DNA of 64,000 bases from a virus (IMGVR_UViG_3300024272_002379); one strand, 5' to 3'. Shown: positions 19,878 through 30,120, counted from the first letter of the stretch. Numbers and translations are program-made. Notes: generated by a model from the letters alone, not told the origin.

Positions 19878-21569
19878 TTACGAATACATAATTGTCCATT
19901 TGTATGGCTTTTTATTGTAAGGATAAATAACATAATCTACTTGCTTTGGAATTTTGCCATACTTAGGATTGTAATTAAAAGAATTTTTGAAAGTTTCCAG
20001 TGATATTTCTTGAGAATCCTGAATAATCAAAGTTTGAGTAGATACTTCGGACGTTGACTCGTCATAAGTAGCAGTAGCGGTAACTTTGACATTAATTGGA
20101 TTATCACAAGAAATTGTTGTTTTAAACAGATTCATTTCGTTTAATATGTTACTACTTGAAAGCTGATATGTATCTGGTACTGTGGTAAATTCTATATTGA
20201 AATTATCATCTGATACTTGTGTTGATATATTACCAGATAAAGATTGTAATAATAACCAAGTGTCGTTATCAATAATGCCACTTGCATGAATGCCATAGCT
20301 TTCTTGTAGCGTTTTAACTTGAGCCTCTGTTAATTCATCATATTCTCCAGTGATTTGCGTAAACTCTGGATATATTGTTGCAAGAGCTGATTGTACCAGC
20401 GTAACGTAAGAACCAGAATCTCCATACTGAATTTGAGGAAATTCTATAATACTACCTGTATAATAAGAGCTATAGATATCTTCTTCTGTTACATACCCAG
20501 TATCAGTTCTATACCATTTCTGGAAATACCCATCTTCGTTTGAACTATCAATTTCATACAAGTTTATTTGCTCTCGATATTGTTTTGTGTCTACGATATC
20601 GGAATGAACACTTTTTTCTCTATACACATAAGCTCCGTATTTATTGACAACTACCCCAACCTGAATATCATTAGTAACGGTTTGATTGATGAGACGATTG
20701 TACAACATATTGTCAACTATGCCATCTATTTGGTCGTCTCCAATTAATGATTGATATCGTCGTATAGCTTCATCCATTGCATTGTCAAATACGCCGTTAA
20801 TTGGAAGTTCAAATAAACCTGTTCGGTTTAATAACTCCTGAATTTCAGCGACATCATTTCCCATCATAGTTTTTGATGAAGAATAATATAATTCACGAGA
20901 TAGCGTATACCATTTAGGGTTTGGTTTAGAGTACTCCATTTTTGCTTTTGCGAACTCTTCCTCTAAATTATAAAGGTCATCAAGAGTGATAGGACTAGAA
21001 TCCAAAACATAAAGCTTTTGAGAAAATTCATCATACTTATTGCCGTTACTGCTTTTATGTGACGGACTCATTTTAATATCGCCTGCTCTAAAAGGGGATA
21101 CGTCTCTTGCAATAAAGCTAAATGTATTTTCTGTAAATAAATCCTCAACTGATATTGTTTGAGCTTCATCAGTAAAATCTATACCGTATATGTACATAGT
21201 TGCACAATTACCATATTCATTTGCTGATACAATCATAATATCAAATAAAGGTAATTCATCTACCTTAAGTTCTTCAAATCCCTTAAGCCAGTCTAATTGT
21301 TCTTGAAGTTCTCTTAACCAATGTTGATTGATTAAAGTAAAAATCATTGTACCTGCAAAAATACGGGAACCTCTTGTTACGCCATTAATATTAGTGCGAC
21401 CTATATTAATGACAGGTTTCTTATTTCTAAACATGGAATAACTGATTGTAGTAAGAGAACCAATGACAACAGGAGAAGACCCTGGCATTAAAATAAAAGC
21501 TAAAGTGTCAGTTCCAGAAAAAGATTTATAATATTTTGATATTTGATTTCCAATACTAACTTTATCCAA
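19878..21569 (-). CDS. Tail tube paralog (tube initiator) fused to PGBD, SH3-like and second PGBD domains
   Basis: SFSGTD...RGSRIFAGTMIF...DELPLFDI...NEYG...FIAR parallels the tube protein. GNDVAEIQELLN...AIRRYQS...DGIVD and GDSGSYVTLVQSAL...GIIDNDTW are PGBD-like. TTG start with SD. Confidence 0.75.
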   Translation of the reverse strand: MDKVSIGNQISKYYKSFSGTDTLAFILMPGSSPVVIGSLTTISYSMFRNKKPVINIGRTNINGVTRGSRIFAGTMIFTLINQHWLRELQEQLDWLKGFEELKVDELPLFDIMIVSANEYGNCATMYIYGIDFTDEAQTISVEDLFTENTFSFIARDVSPFRAGDIKMSPSHKSSNGNKYDEFSQKLYVLDSSPITLDDLYNLEEEFAKAKMEYSKPNPKWYTLSRELYYSSSKTMMGNDVAEIQELLNRTGLFELPINGVFDNAMDEAIRRYQSLIGDDQIDGIVDNMLYNRLINQTVTNDIQVGVVVNKYGAYVYREKSVHSDIVDTKQYREQINLYEIDSSNEDGYFQKWYRTDTGYVTEEDIYSSYYTGSIIEFPQIQYGDSGSYVTLVQSALATIYPEFTQITGEYDELTEAQVKTLQESYGIHASGIIDNDTWLLLQSLSGNISTQVSDDNFNIEFTTVPDTYQLSSSNILNEMNLFKTTISCDNPINVKVTATATYDESTSEVSTQTLIIQDSQEISLETFKNSFNYNPKYGKIPKQVDYVIYPYNKKPYKWTIMYS

Positions 21570-21601
21570 GATGATTCTCTCCTTTCAAATAATTCATATA
21601 A

Positions 21602-21630
21602 ATTATAGCATACATAGTAAAATGAGCCAA
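21602..21630 (-). promoter_or_regulatory. sigmaA-type promoter with extended -10
   Basis: Minus strand reads TTGGCT-N17-TATAAT with TGn before the -10 (TATGCTATAAT), about 30 nt upstream of the 21569 start. Confidence 0.55.
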
Positions 21631-21656
21631 GCCATTTTTATGGCCTGACTCATTTT
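21619..21656 (-). terminator. Intrinsic terminator after the tail tube gene
   Basis: Minus strand reads AAAATGAGTCAGGCCAT-AAAA-ATGGCTTGGCTCATTTT. The two non-Watson-Crick pairs are G-U only on the minus strand, and the stem ends in a T run. Confidence 0.75.
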
Positions 21657-21682
21657 GTTTATTTCTAATCTGATTGATTGAA

Positions 21683-22531
21683 TTAGCCTTCTTTTGAAGC
21701 TTCTGTAGGAATCTTGCCTTTGATTACGCCACCTTCTTCACGAGTGTAAACACCACGGATTAATGGACTTAATCTACGAGCAATCCATGTTACCTGACGA
21801 GCCATAACGACTGTATCAACAGAAGCACCTGAGCTTTCATTTAAGATATCAACGTCATAAATCTTCTGGAATGCTGTATGACCATATTCAGAAGCAAATG
21901 TTAATGTGATATCAAATGGTGGCAATGTATCTGCGTAAATTACGTTTTCACCACGAATCGGTGCGAAACCAGCAGGAACGTAAATTCTATCACCGTCAGA
22001 TTCCCAGCCTACAACATGACCTGTTGTTCTGTCAATCTTAGGTGTGTTGTTAGAACCGTTTGCTGACTGAGCACTGATTTCATTTCCATATCTACCAGCC
22101 ATATTGCCAGTTGCTGAATATGAGAAACCATAACCAGCTCTACTTGCTGTCTCTTCATCAAGAGCAGCTTCAGATACTGTAGCGTTCCATTTAATCATGT
22201 CAAGAGCATTTGTAAAGTCTTCTGAGTTTGCCATTACGTTATTAGCTGCTGCTGTAAACATTGCAGATGGAGCGATATCGTCCCATACGCTCTGTAAAGC
22301 AGATACTAATGCGTCATGGTCAAATACTGCGAATACCATAGAACCTGCAAGACCACGTTTACCTCTTGAGAATGAACGTGCATCTGGAGAACCACAAGTA
22401 AACACAGGAGCTTTATCTCTTTGTACTGCCCATGAAATCTGCTGAAGTTCGCCAATTACTTTATTAGCAAAAGTAGCAACTAAGTCAGCACCAGAGAAAC
22501 TTGTTAAGGTTTGAATTGTTGGACTTGCCAT
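21683..22531 (-). CDS. Major tail tube protein
   Basis: Directly downstream of the sheath. TSFSGAD...IGELQQISW...RGKRGLAGSMVF...LPPFDITL...WIAR. Followed by a terminator, consistent with high expression. Confidence 0.8.
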   Translation of the reverse strand: MASPTIQTLTSFSGADLVATFANKVIGELQQISWAVQRDKAPVFTCGSPDARSFSRGKRGLAGSMVFAVFDHDALVSALQSVWDDIAPSAMFTAAANNVMANSEDFTNALDMIKWNATVSEAALDEETASRAGYGFSYSATGNMAGRYGNEISAQSANGSNNTPKIDRTTGHVVGWESDGDRIYVPAGFAPIRGENVIYADTLPPFDITLTFASEYGHTAFQKIYDVDILNESSGASVDTVVMARQVTWIARRLSPLIRGVYTREEGGVIKGKIPTEASKEG

Positions 22532-22558
22532 AATTTGTTTCCTCCTCTTTCAAATTAT

Positions 22559-22586
22559 GGGCTAGGGAGCTTTTTGCTCCCCGCCC
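22559..22586. other. GC-rich intergenic hairpin between sheath and tube
   Basis: GGGC-TA-GGGAGC-TTTTT-GCTCCC-C-GCCC, with no clear U-tract on the coding strand. Confidence 0.55.
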
Positions 22587-22595
22587 GATTTATTC

Positions 22596-25004
22596 TTAGG
22601 CAGCAGCTCTAAGAGCAACTACTGTTGTAATCTTGCGTAATTCCATTGGACATACAAGTGTTAATGCGATTGAGCATTCACCAAGTACCTGCTGCTGGAT
22701 TGTTGCATTGATTTCGAACTCATAGTGAAGGATTTCACCCTGTTCCATCAAGTAGCTTAATCTCTTAGAGATAAGTGCAGATAATGCATTACGCTGTTCC
22801 ACTGTATTTGGCTCACCAATGAATGGGTCAGATACTTCACGAATCTGGTCTACAACGTCAGTTACTACTTTTACAGTAGATAATCTAGCGTAGTCAGAAC
22901 CAGGAGCACCTGCTGTACAGCCATCTACTACATAAGGAACAGATGAAGCTGTTGTTGTACCTTCATTCTTAAGCTTAAATACAACCATTCTGTTACCTAT
23001 TAATTCGTTCATCTGTTTGTTAGAGAATTTATATTTCATTCCCTTAACTCCTGGAAGAGCTTTATTAGTAGGAGCAGATTGTGGGTTTAAGGAACCGTTT
23101 AATGCTGCATATGCAATCGCTGGAGAACCGTAATATGTTCCAAGTGTATCAGAAATCATTACTGGTTCTGGACCAACAACAACTGATGTATACCAGCCGA
23201 TATCCATCTTATTGCCTGCTGTGTCAACGATATCATTGCCATCAGCATCCTGCATATAATGAACATTGTTGTATTCAAGTAATTTTGAAACGTAATTCTG
23301 AATACCAACAAGTGTAGTATTTGAATTAGGTTTAACATCAATGAAACCATGTGTCATCTTTGTTCTGTAAGTTAATACAGCACAGAGTAACGCAAGTTCA
23401 CGATGGAAGCTGCTATTTGGATTTACTGTCTGTTTTGAATCAGCGTAAACACCAGCAGGATAGATGTAATCTACATTGTAGTTTTCAAGAATCTGGTAAG
23501 CACCCTGTTCTTCAAGGTAACCAGCAGAATTTCTCTTACCTGATAATGCTTCAAACATCTGGTTATTTGTTACAACAACGCCGTCTTCACCACCGTTAAC
23601 AAGAGTACTGCTGAATACAGGGAAGTCACTTGTTAAGATATCTTCGTTATCTGTAACGATTTCGAATACGTTATTTAACGAATAGTTAGCTAATGCCTGT
23701 TTAAGCATACCAACTGTTGGGCATTCAAATGATGTAAAGTAGAATGGTAAGTCTGCATCAGAGTATCTCTTAGCTTCAGGCTTTGTGAAAGTGAACTTTC
23801 TACCTTCTACACCGTTATCATCTGTAATTGCTGTAATTGTAATTGTAGCAGGATTATAGATAGCACCACCATAAATGGCACGAACAATCATTGATTCCTT
23901 GTACTCTGTTACTTCTTCGTATTTGTAAGCAATAGAGAACTTATCATTGATTGTAAAGTTACCTGCTGTTAATGATACTGTGTCTCCTACAACAGTATAA
24001 TCTGATGCTGGAACAACAGCACCTGCTACTGTTAAAACAACAGTACCAGCTTTTGGCATTTTTGGAAGAGTGATAACCTGGTCTGTATCAGTTAATGCAA
24101 CTGTTTCACTTGCACCAGTAACTTTTGTGAATACATAGTATTCAATATCCACTGTATTAGTAAGGGCAACTGCTCCGCCACTAACAAATGATAATACGTT
24201 ACCAGCAATTGTGTAGTCTGTGCCTTCAACAAGTACAGAACCATCATCCATTGTTACTTTTACGCCATCAGTAACTGGGTATACACCAGCCGCATCTGTA
24301 ATAGGCTGACCAAAAGTATCTCTTGGTGTAACATAAATTTCCTGATTAGCTACTGGGTCAAACTGTAATAAAACAGTATCAAAAGCAACGCCATCAGTTG
24401 AAGCTGCAACTGTTAAATGTTCTTTCTTTGTTGTATCAATATCCTTATAGTCATAAGTAGCAACTAATGTACTATTCTTAGAAACGATACCTGCTGGAAC
24501 AACAAATTCGCCTTCATATTCTACATAATTGCCTTTAACTACTTCAAGACCGCCTGCTGTAAGTGTTAAGGATGCTCCATAAATCGGTGTATTTGTTACT
24601 CTCAGAGTTGCTTCTGCATTACCCTGAATAGAGCCAATAACAGGTGTAGCGTCGATTTCTTCTGTAGTTGTAGAAACTACTTTAGGAATCTCTACGTATG
24701 CCTGAGAGCCAGTTACTCTCATACATCTTACATCGGTAAAGCCATTTCTAAACGCCTGCTTTGCATACTTTGTAAGAGTTGCACCGTTAGGATATCCATT
24801 TTCATTTACTTCTGAACCAAATAACTGACCAACAGTATCTTTGTCAATCTTTACTGGCTCATTTACAGGACCGTCAAATGCAGTACCTAAGATAAGTAAG
24901 CTTTTACCACCAGTTACTTCTGTGTTGGAAGTTAACTGTAAGCCGCCGTCTTTAAATTCTACAAGATGTCCAGGTAGATTTGGATATAAATTTGTAACAG
25001 CCAT
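22596..25004 (-). CDS. Major tail sheath protein with inserted beta-sandwich domains
   Basis: N-terminal LPGHLVEFKDG...ILGTAFDGPVNEP. C-terminal YARLSTVKVV...FIGEPN...LTLVCPMELRKI typical of contractile sheaths. Thr/Val-rich central insertion. Confidence 0.88.
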   Translation of the reverse strand: MAVTNLYPNLPGHLVEFKDGGLQLTSNTEVTGGKSLLILGTAFDGPVNEPVKIDKDTVGQLFGSEVNENGYPNGATLTKYAKQAFRNGFTDVRCMRVTGSQAYVEIPKVVSTTTEEIDATPVIGSIQGNAEATLRVTNTPIYGASLTLTAGGLEVVKGNYVEYEGEFVVPAGIVSKNSTLVATYDYKDIDTTKKEHLTVAASTDGVAFDTVLLQFDPVANQEIYVTPRDTFGQPITDAAGVYPVTDGVKVTMDDGSVLVEGTDYTIAGNVLSFVSGGAVALTNTVDIEYYVFTKVTGASETVALTDTDQVITLPKMPKAGTVVLTVAGAVVPASDYTVVGDTVSLTAGNFTINDKFSIAYKYEEVTEYKESMIVRAIYGGAIYNPATITITAITDDNGVEGRKFTFTKPEAKRYSDADLPFYFTSFECPTVGMLKQALANYSLNNVFEIVTDNEDILTSDFPVFSSTLVNGGEDGVVVTNNQMFEALSGKRNSAGYLEEQGAYQILENYNVDYIYPAGVYADSKQTVNPNSSFHRELALLCAVLTYRTKMTHGFIDVKPNSNTTLVGIQNYVSKLLEYNNVHYMQDADGNDIVDTAGNKMDIGWYTSVVVGPEPVMISDTLGTYYGSPAIAYAALNGSLNPQSAPTNKALPGVKGMKYKFSNKQMNELIGNRMVVFKLKNEGTTTASSVPYVVDGCTAGAPGSDYARLSTVKVVTDVVDQIREVSDPFIGEPNTVEQRNALSALISKRLSYLMEQGEILHYEFEINATIQQQVLGECSIALTLVCPMELRKITTVVALRAAA

Positions 25005-25032
25005 TTTTGTTTTCCTCCTTTTAATATTAGGT

Positions 25033-25890
25033 TTAAAAATCGTAAGTTATTCCGTTGTCGCCATCAAAGAATTCTAATTCAATCGGGTCAGAGTTTTTTG
25101 ACGAGTTACTAATCAACGTCTTAACTTTATCTGTGCTAAGTTGATTAGCACCAATTTCAGCATTAATGCTGTTGATAAGGCTTTGACGTATAGGCGTAAT
25201 ACTTTCGAACCTTATATAATAATATATACAACGCATAGGAACCGATTCGTCGTAATTAAGAGAATATTTTGGTGAAACCTCTCTAAGAAAGAACATTTCA
25301 CTAACGCCTTGTCTCTTTATATAACCAGTATAAACTGTTAAGAGATTTTCGAACTTTGTTCTTAACTCTCTAGCCTGTTTATTGGTTTTGCCGTAGATAT
25401 CAAACTCAACATCGCATTCATACCATTGACGGTAAATTAAAAATGCATCACCAGTTTCATTACCGTTTTCGTCAAGTTCTTTTATAATATCTACAAGCTG
25501 AGGCTTAAGCCCCATACCTTCCGCAATATCTTTTGTATTAATATCTACAGTAATTTGCGGAAGCATGATGTTCGAGCTATTCTCACCTTTCTTTAAATCG
25601 GTTGATAACTCACCCCAGTCTGGTCCCCAAGCTGCATTACATAATTTCTTAAGTATTTCAGCTAACTGTTCAACATCATCTATATTACCATCTGCAACAT
25701 GCCTACATGCCTGTGAATTGTATTCTTTGCTTGTAGTAGTTTCTAATATATGTATTCTTGCTGCCTTTTCAGACTCATAGATATTCTCATTAGCATTCTC
25801 TTGAAGAACCGTAGATTTTTCTTCTGGATTGCCATGGAAATATCTGAGTAAAGCCTGTTCTAATTGGTCCATATTATTCCTCCTCTGCAA
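25033..25890 (-). CDS. Probable tail completion/terminator protein
   Basis: Directly upstream of the sheath. YRQWYECDVEFDIYGKTNKQARELRTKFE pattern. The SD suggests the start is ATG 25872. Confidence 0.45.
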   Translation of the reverse strand: MQRRNNMDQLEQALLRYFHGNPEEKSTVLQENANENIYESEKAARIHILETTTSKEYNSQACRHVADGNIDDVEQLAEILKKLCNAAWGPDWGELSTDLKKGENSSNIMLPQITVDINTKDIAEGMGLKPQLVDIIKELDENGNETGDAFLIYRQWYECDVEFDIYGKTNKQARELRTKFENLLTVYTGYIKRQGVSEMFFLREVSPKYSLNYDESVPMRCIYYYIRFESITPIRQSLINSINAEIGANQLSTDKVKTLISNSSKNSDPIELEFFDGDNGITYDF

Positions 25891-27460
25891 ATTCTACATT
25901 TATCACAGAACATATTTGTACGGCTTTCACCATATAACATGTTTTCAGATTTAAATATACTTTAATTTCGCCTTTTGCATAATAAGGCACAATACTAAAA
26001 TCATACTGAGTGATAATGTTTCTTGATGATAAAGTTTTCAGTATGTTTGTTAAGTCTCCTGCTATAATGTTTTCCTTAATAAGTTGCACCATGTCATGTC
26101 CTACATAATACTGAAATAACTTGTTAATGTATGACATACACATCTGTATCATTCTTACATTACAGTACAATTTCAGGTTTTCATTCTTAGGAGATGCGGT
26201 AATGCCGTCATATACAACAGGTGTTTCATATAACGGGCTATGTCTAAAAGTTACTATTCCTGCATCGGATAATTCTTTTAAGACATCTTCCGAAAATTCA
26301 TGATACAAACTAATTGTATCTGAGATTGGTATGTTTGTTGTACCATTGGTCACTATGGTATTAGCACATAATGCTGCATACGCAAGGTATCCATTATCTA
26401 TAATTGTTCCTTTATTGTAGCGGATATCCCCACCAACAACAGATACCAGAAAGGCATAAAACGGGTTTTCGCATTGACATAAATTGTAATCGTAACAAGC
26501 TTTGTACATATGAGCAATATCATCAGCTTCTGCTAAATAATTACTCCAGTATTTATAGCTTGAATTGAATCCGATTATACCTGTTGTAACAATACCAAAA
26601 TTCAATTGCTTTAAACAGAAGTTTAGAAGTTGATTCATAAACGATAACTTACCTGTAAAATCCTCTGTTAAGTAATCTTTTGTGTGCTGATAGTATGTCA
26701 TATTGTATTGATGCTGTGTACCTTCTGAATCATCTGGATGAATATCATCCATAAATGCGTCTACTGGTATTACTATATCAATATCATGTGATTCAAGAAT
26801 GTCGTATGTATTTCTCAGACAATTATACAGCAAATTCTTTGAATAATTCAATCCACATTGTCCACCATACATATAAACATTCGTAGGATTACAAGAGAAA
26901 AACGCATGTTGTACAGGTGTTGCTGGGTCAACAGAATGATATGCGTATACATAACTTCGCTTCTGTTTTGTATCCTTATTTATTGCAGAGGTTAATTTAT
27001 CTATAGTTGGATAGTCAGAATAACGATATTCTATACTATTTACACCTAAGTCCTCTGGAAATACAAAAGTTATTTTATCTGTATCTATAATGATTTCGAT
27101 ATCATTAAATACTTCATTACTCTGTGACGAGACTAGAGTAAAAGCATTCTCTATAATTTCACCATTGTAAATGTTAACATTTAAATATGCTGTTGCATGT
27201 TCACCTGTTGTCTTTACAAGATAAACCATATTGTTTTGATTTGTGTATTTAAGAGCATGGAAGGCATCAATCAAAGTTCCTTGCTTTCCGAATTTGTTAT
27301 ATAACCCAACCGTTGATTTAACCAATACAGGTTCATTGGTTGGTCCAAATTCAGCAGAACCAAGTAAATATATACGCTTGCCATGTAAATCGCTTTGAAG
27401 AATTTCGCTAATTAATTGCCTTCTTTCTTCTCTTAATTGCCGAGTAATTTGCTGGGCCAT
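25874..27460 (-). CDS. Second, divergent tail sheath-family protein
   Basis: LLGSAEFGPTNEPVLV vs ILGTAFDGPVNEPVKI in the major sheath. Shared AYAAL, TN, VxDGxT motifs and C-terminal sheath pattern. Confidence 0.72.
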   Translation of the reverse strand: MAQQITRQLREERRQLISEILQSDLHGKRIYLLGSAEFGPTNEPVLVKSTVGLYNKFGKQGTLIDAFHALKYTNQNNMVYLVKTTGEHATAYLNVNIYNGEIIENAFTLVSSQSNEVFNDIEIIIDTDKITFVFPEDLGVNSIEYRYSDYPTIDKLTSAINKDTKQKRSYVYAYHSVDPATPVQHAFFSCNPTNVYMYGGQCGLNYSKNLLYNCLRNTYDILESHDIDIVIPVDAFMDDIHPDDSEGTQHQYNMTYYQHTKDYLTEDFTGKLSFMNQLLNFCLKQLNFGIVTTGIIGFNSSYKYWSNYLAEADDIAHMYKACYDYNLCQCENPFYAFLVSVVGGDIRYNKGTIIDNGYLAYAALCANTIVTNGTTNIPISDTISLYHEFSEDVLKELSDAGIVTFRHSPLYETPVVYDGITASPKNENLKLYCNVRMIQMCMSYINKLFQYYVGHDMVQLIKENIIAGDLTNILKTLSSRNIITQYDFSIVPYYAKGEIKVYLNLKTCYMVKAVQICSVINVEFAEEE

Positions 27461-28029
27461 ATATACTTACCTCCCTTCAGCAACTGAGATACTGCTTTCT
27501 TTGGAAGTGAAGATAAGACATCAGAAAAAGGCTTCACTAAGTCTGTTCTGTTATCAATCAAACATCCATTTAATTCAACTCTGCCTTTGTCTCCACGCAT
27601 TTCATATACATTGACAATCTCAAGTACTTTTAGTACATCTACGGGATTACCCTGTTTATCCCATGTTACTTTGAGAATCATATCTCGTTCTTTCGGATTA
27701 AACTGATGACGAATATAATATACTTCGCTTTTCTGGTCAGTTACGCCGATAGGCGTTTGCTTTATTGAATTATTTGAGGAATAAGCACTATTAGAGCTTT
27801 CTATTGCTTTTATCTTCTGAATGCTGGCAAAATGTCCAGTACCCATACATAATTTACAATTAGGGTCTCCTACTTTATTCAGGTCATCAAAACAAGTGCA
27901 TCTTACAAATTTACAATTACGAACATATAAAACATTAATACCGAATTCATCTGATAACAATTCGGAATCATGTCTGAGGTCAATTTCAACATTTCGAACT
28001 TCTGATTCTTGATTTGTAAATTTATACAT
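27433..28029 (-). CDS. Neck/head-closure protein with zinc-binding motif
   Basis: RCTCFD...PNCKLCMGTG motif; lies between the adaptor-like gene and the tail genes. Confidence 0.5.
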   Translation of the reverse strand: MYKFTNQESEVRNVEIDLRHDSELLSDEFGINVLYVRNCKFVRCTCFDDLNKVGDPNCKLCMGTGHFASIQKIKAIESSNSAYSSNNSIKQTPIGVTDQKSEVYYIRHQFNPKERDMILKVTWDKQGNPVDVLKVLEIVNVYEMRGDKGRVELNGCLIDNRTDLVKPFSDVLSSLPKKAVSQLLKGGKYIWPSKLLGN

Positions 28030-28903
28030 TAGAAATTAGTCTCCCTTGCCCAATCATCATAACTGTAATTATCAATGCCCTTAACACCTGCTGCTACTAT
28101 ATTAATACCTCTGATAGTATTGTCAGCTTCTTCAAACTGGTCTTTTAATCTACCAAGTAAGTTATCAATATATGGTAGTTAGTGCTTTTCTCAATAGCAA
28201 TATCGCCTACTTCTTTTCTGACTGAACCATATCTATACGAAATACCATAGTATCTTGCCATTACAAGGTCTATTTCTGTTTTGAATTTAACCCAGTTTCT
28301 GATAGCACGATATGTTGTTGTATAATTACCGTCATTATCTATTTCATAAGTTACGTTTTCAACAGCTTCGTCCTGATTTGCCAATTCATCAATCAATTCT
28401 ACTACTTCTACGCTGTTTCTATAAATCATTGAATTTATGTATTCTTCTGTAAAGCCTTCAATGAACTCGCCAATGTCTTCCCATATTTTTTTAGAACTAA
28501 CAAATAATGGATTTAACTTAGATACAAAGTACCACTTAAAGATTTCTTTATCTATACAGATTTGCACTTCGTATTTGTTATTTTCCTTTAATCGTTTTAC
28601 AGTTCCGTATTTCTTATACAAAGCATTTGGCTTATCGGCTCTTCCTGTAGATACAATTTCAAGATTTACTTTATTAGAAGCAATATTTGAAATAACAGAT
28701 ACGATATCTCCTTCATTTAACGGATTATGAAAGATTACCTTACCAGTATCTTGTACGGTAAGGTAATCTTTATCTTCTCCCAGGGTTTGGAGATTTCCGT
28801 TAATAAATACAGATATTGTATCATTAATGAAAGGCTTTTCGATATTAAAAACTTGCTGCCCATCAGTAGCTGTAAAATTTTCATTAATCGAATAATGCCT
28901 CAT
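28029..28903 (-). CDS. Head-tail adaptor/neck protein carrying an apparent 1-nt frameshift near 28179-28180
   Basis: The ORF track stops at 28145. The -1 frame continues for 49 codons (LPYIDNLLGRLKDQFEEAD...WARETNF) to a TAA overlapping the next ATG (TAATG). N-terminal FTATDGQQVF beta-sandwich domain. Confidence 0.6.
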
Positions 28904-28916
28904 GATACATCACCTA

Positions 28917-29258
28917 TTATCCTTCGTCTTTTTTGCCTTGTAACTGAGAATGTAAATTCACCATGGTATGTATACTTGGAACCTCAGGATGTAATTTTTC
29001 TGTCATTATCATTGTGTATTCAAGATTACTAAGACGTTTTTCATGGTCTTCAATCTTGCTATCCTGGCTTTCAAGATGGTCCCATATTCTTTTATGGCTT
29101 TTATTGTTGTCCTCTTCCATTTTATCAATTGCATTTTGCAGAACTTCTACAGAATTGTTTAACTTAATAATGCTTGTATTAAGTTTCATCATAGGGCCTG
29201 TAACTGCAACAACGAAACTGAAGAGAGCAGCTATACCTAAGAAAATCTCCCATGTCAT
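28917..29258 (-). CDS. Single-TM coiled-coil membrane protein (XhlA/holin-like)
   Basis: N-terminal IFLGIAALFSFVVAVTG followed by heptad coiled coil ...HKRIWDHLE...DHEKRLSNLE. Confidence 0.55.
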   Translation of the reverse strand: MTWEIFLGIAALFSFVVAVTGPMMKLNTSIIKLNNSVEVLQNAIDKMEEDNNKSHKRIWDHLESQDSKIEDHEKRLSNLEYTMIMTEKLHPEVPSIHTMVNLHSQLQGKKDEG

Positions 29259-29284
29259 AGCCTAATATCTCCTTTCGTCAACTA

Positions 29285-30073
29285 TTATGGAGTAGTAGTG
29301 CCATCATCTGTTGTATATGTTACAACGTCTTTCAATGCTTCTGTGATTGCAGCATTTACGGCTGGAAGAACGGCGTTAGTAACGTAGTTTACTAATGCTT
29401 CTTCTGTAACAAGTTTTTCAGCAGATGGAGCTTCGCCACCGTCGGCTGTACCATCACCATCATTAATGGTTGTGGCTTTTTCAATGTATACACCATCAGC
29501 ACCTACTTTAAGAGATGCTTCATCGGCTTTGACTTTAAGATTAGCAGTAATCTTATTATCTGTACCTGTAACCATCTCAATGGAGTCAGTAGATTCAAAT
29601 GTATATACACTCTGCAAGTAGTTCTTAAGCGAGATAAAGTAGTAAGTTTCGCCACCATCTTCACCGTCAGTATCTGCTGTGAATAACAAACCGATATCAC
29701 CTTCTACAGTACCTTCTGGTAATGTGATAGCAGAGTTAGTCAAATCGTCGGCTGTAATTGTATGACTTACTACTTTTCTAAAGAATGAAGTTGTAAGAAC
29801 ACCAGAAATGTTGCTTACTTTAGCTGTTACATAGTCAACGATAGCTTTTGTACTAGCAACAGAAGTATCATCACCTGTATAATCTGTACCAGTCATATCT
29901 GTTATGATATCTTCAAAAGCATCTGCTGTGGCATCGAATAATTTTGTTGTTCCAAGATAACCGATACCTGTATTGAGTAAATAGAAAGTCATAGCATCTT
30001 TTGTAGTAATCGCATCATACTGTGCCTGTGGGTCAGTACCTGTGAGTATTTTAAACTGAAATCTGCTTGCCAT
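29285..30073 (-). CDS. Fibre-like virion protein
   Basis: QAQYDAITTKDAMTFY N-terminal motif seen in phage fibre proteins. Thr/Asp-rich, strong SD and an upstream promoter-like motif. Confidence 0.5.
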   Translation of the reverse strand: MASRFQFKILTGTDPQAQYDAITTKDAMTFYLLNTGIGYLGTTKLFDATADAFEDIITDMTGTDYTGDDTSVASTKAIVDYVTAKVSNISGVLTTSFFRKVVSHTITADDLTNSAITLPEGTVEGDIGLLFTADTDGEDGGETYYFISLKNYLQSVYTFESTDSIEMVTGTDNKITANLKVKADEASLKVGADGVYIEKATTINDGDGTADGGEAPSAEKLVTEEALVNYVTNAVLPAVNAAITEALKDVVTYTTDDGTTTP

Positions 30074-30110
30074 TATTGAGTCCTCCTTTTTAATAATATT
30101 CTTTATATAT

Positions 30111-30120
30111 TATAATATAC
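30111..30120 (-). promoter_or_regulatory. Candidate phage late-promoter motif GTATATTATA
   Basis: Exact 10-mer shared with intergenic sites at 52701 and 61214, each just upstream of an SD. Confidence 0.5.

Noticed and set aside
18477-27460. Bacterial extracellular contractile injection system or tailocin (multiple sheaths and tubes)
   Set aside because: Terminase, portal, protease and capsid genes are in the same operon, so this is a DNA-packaging phage.
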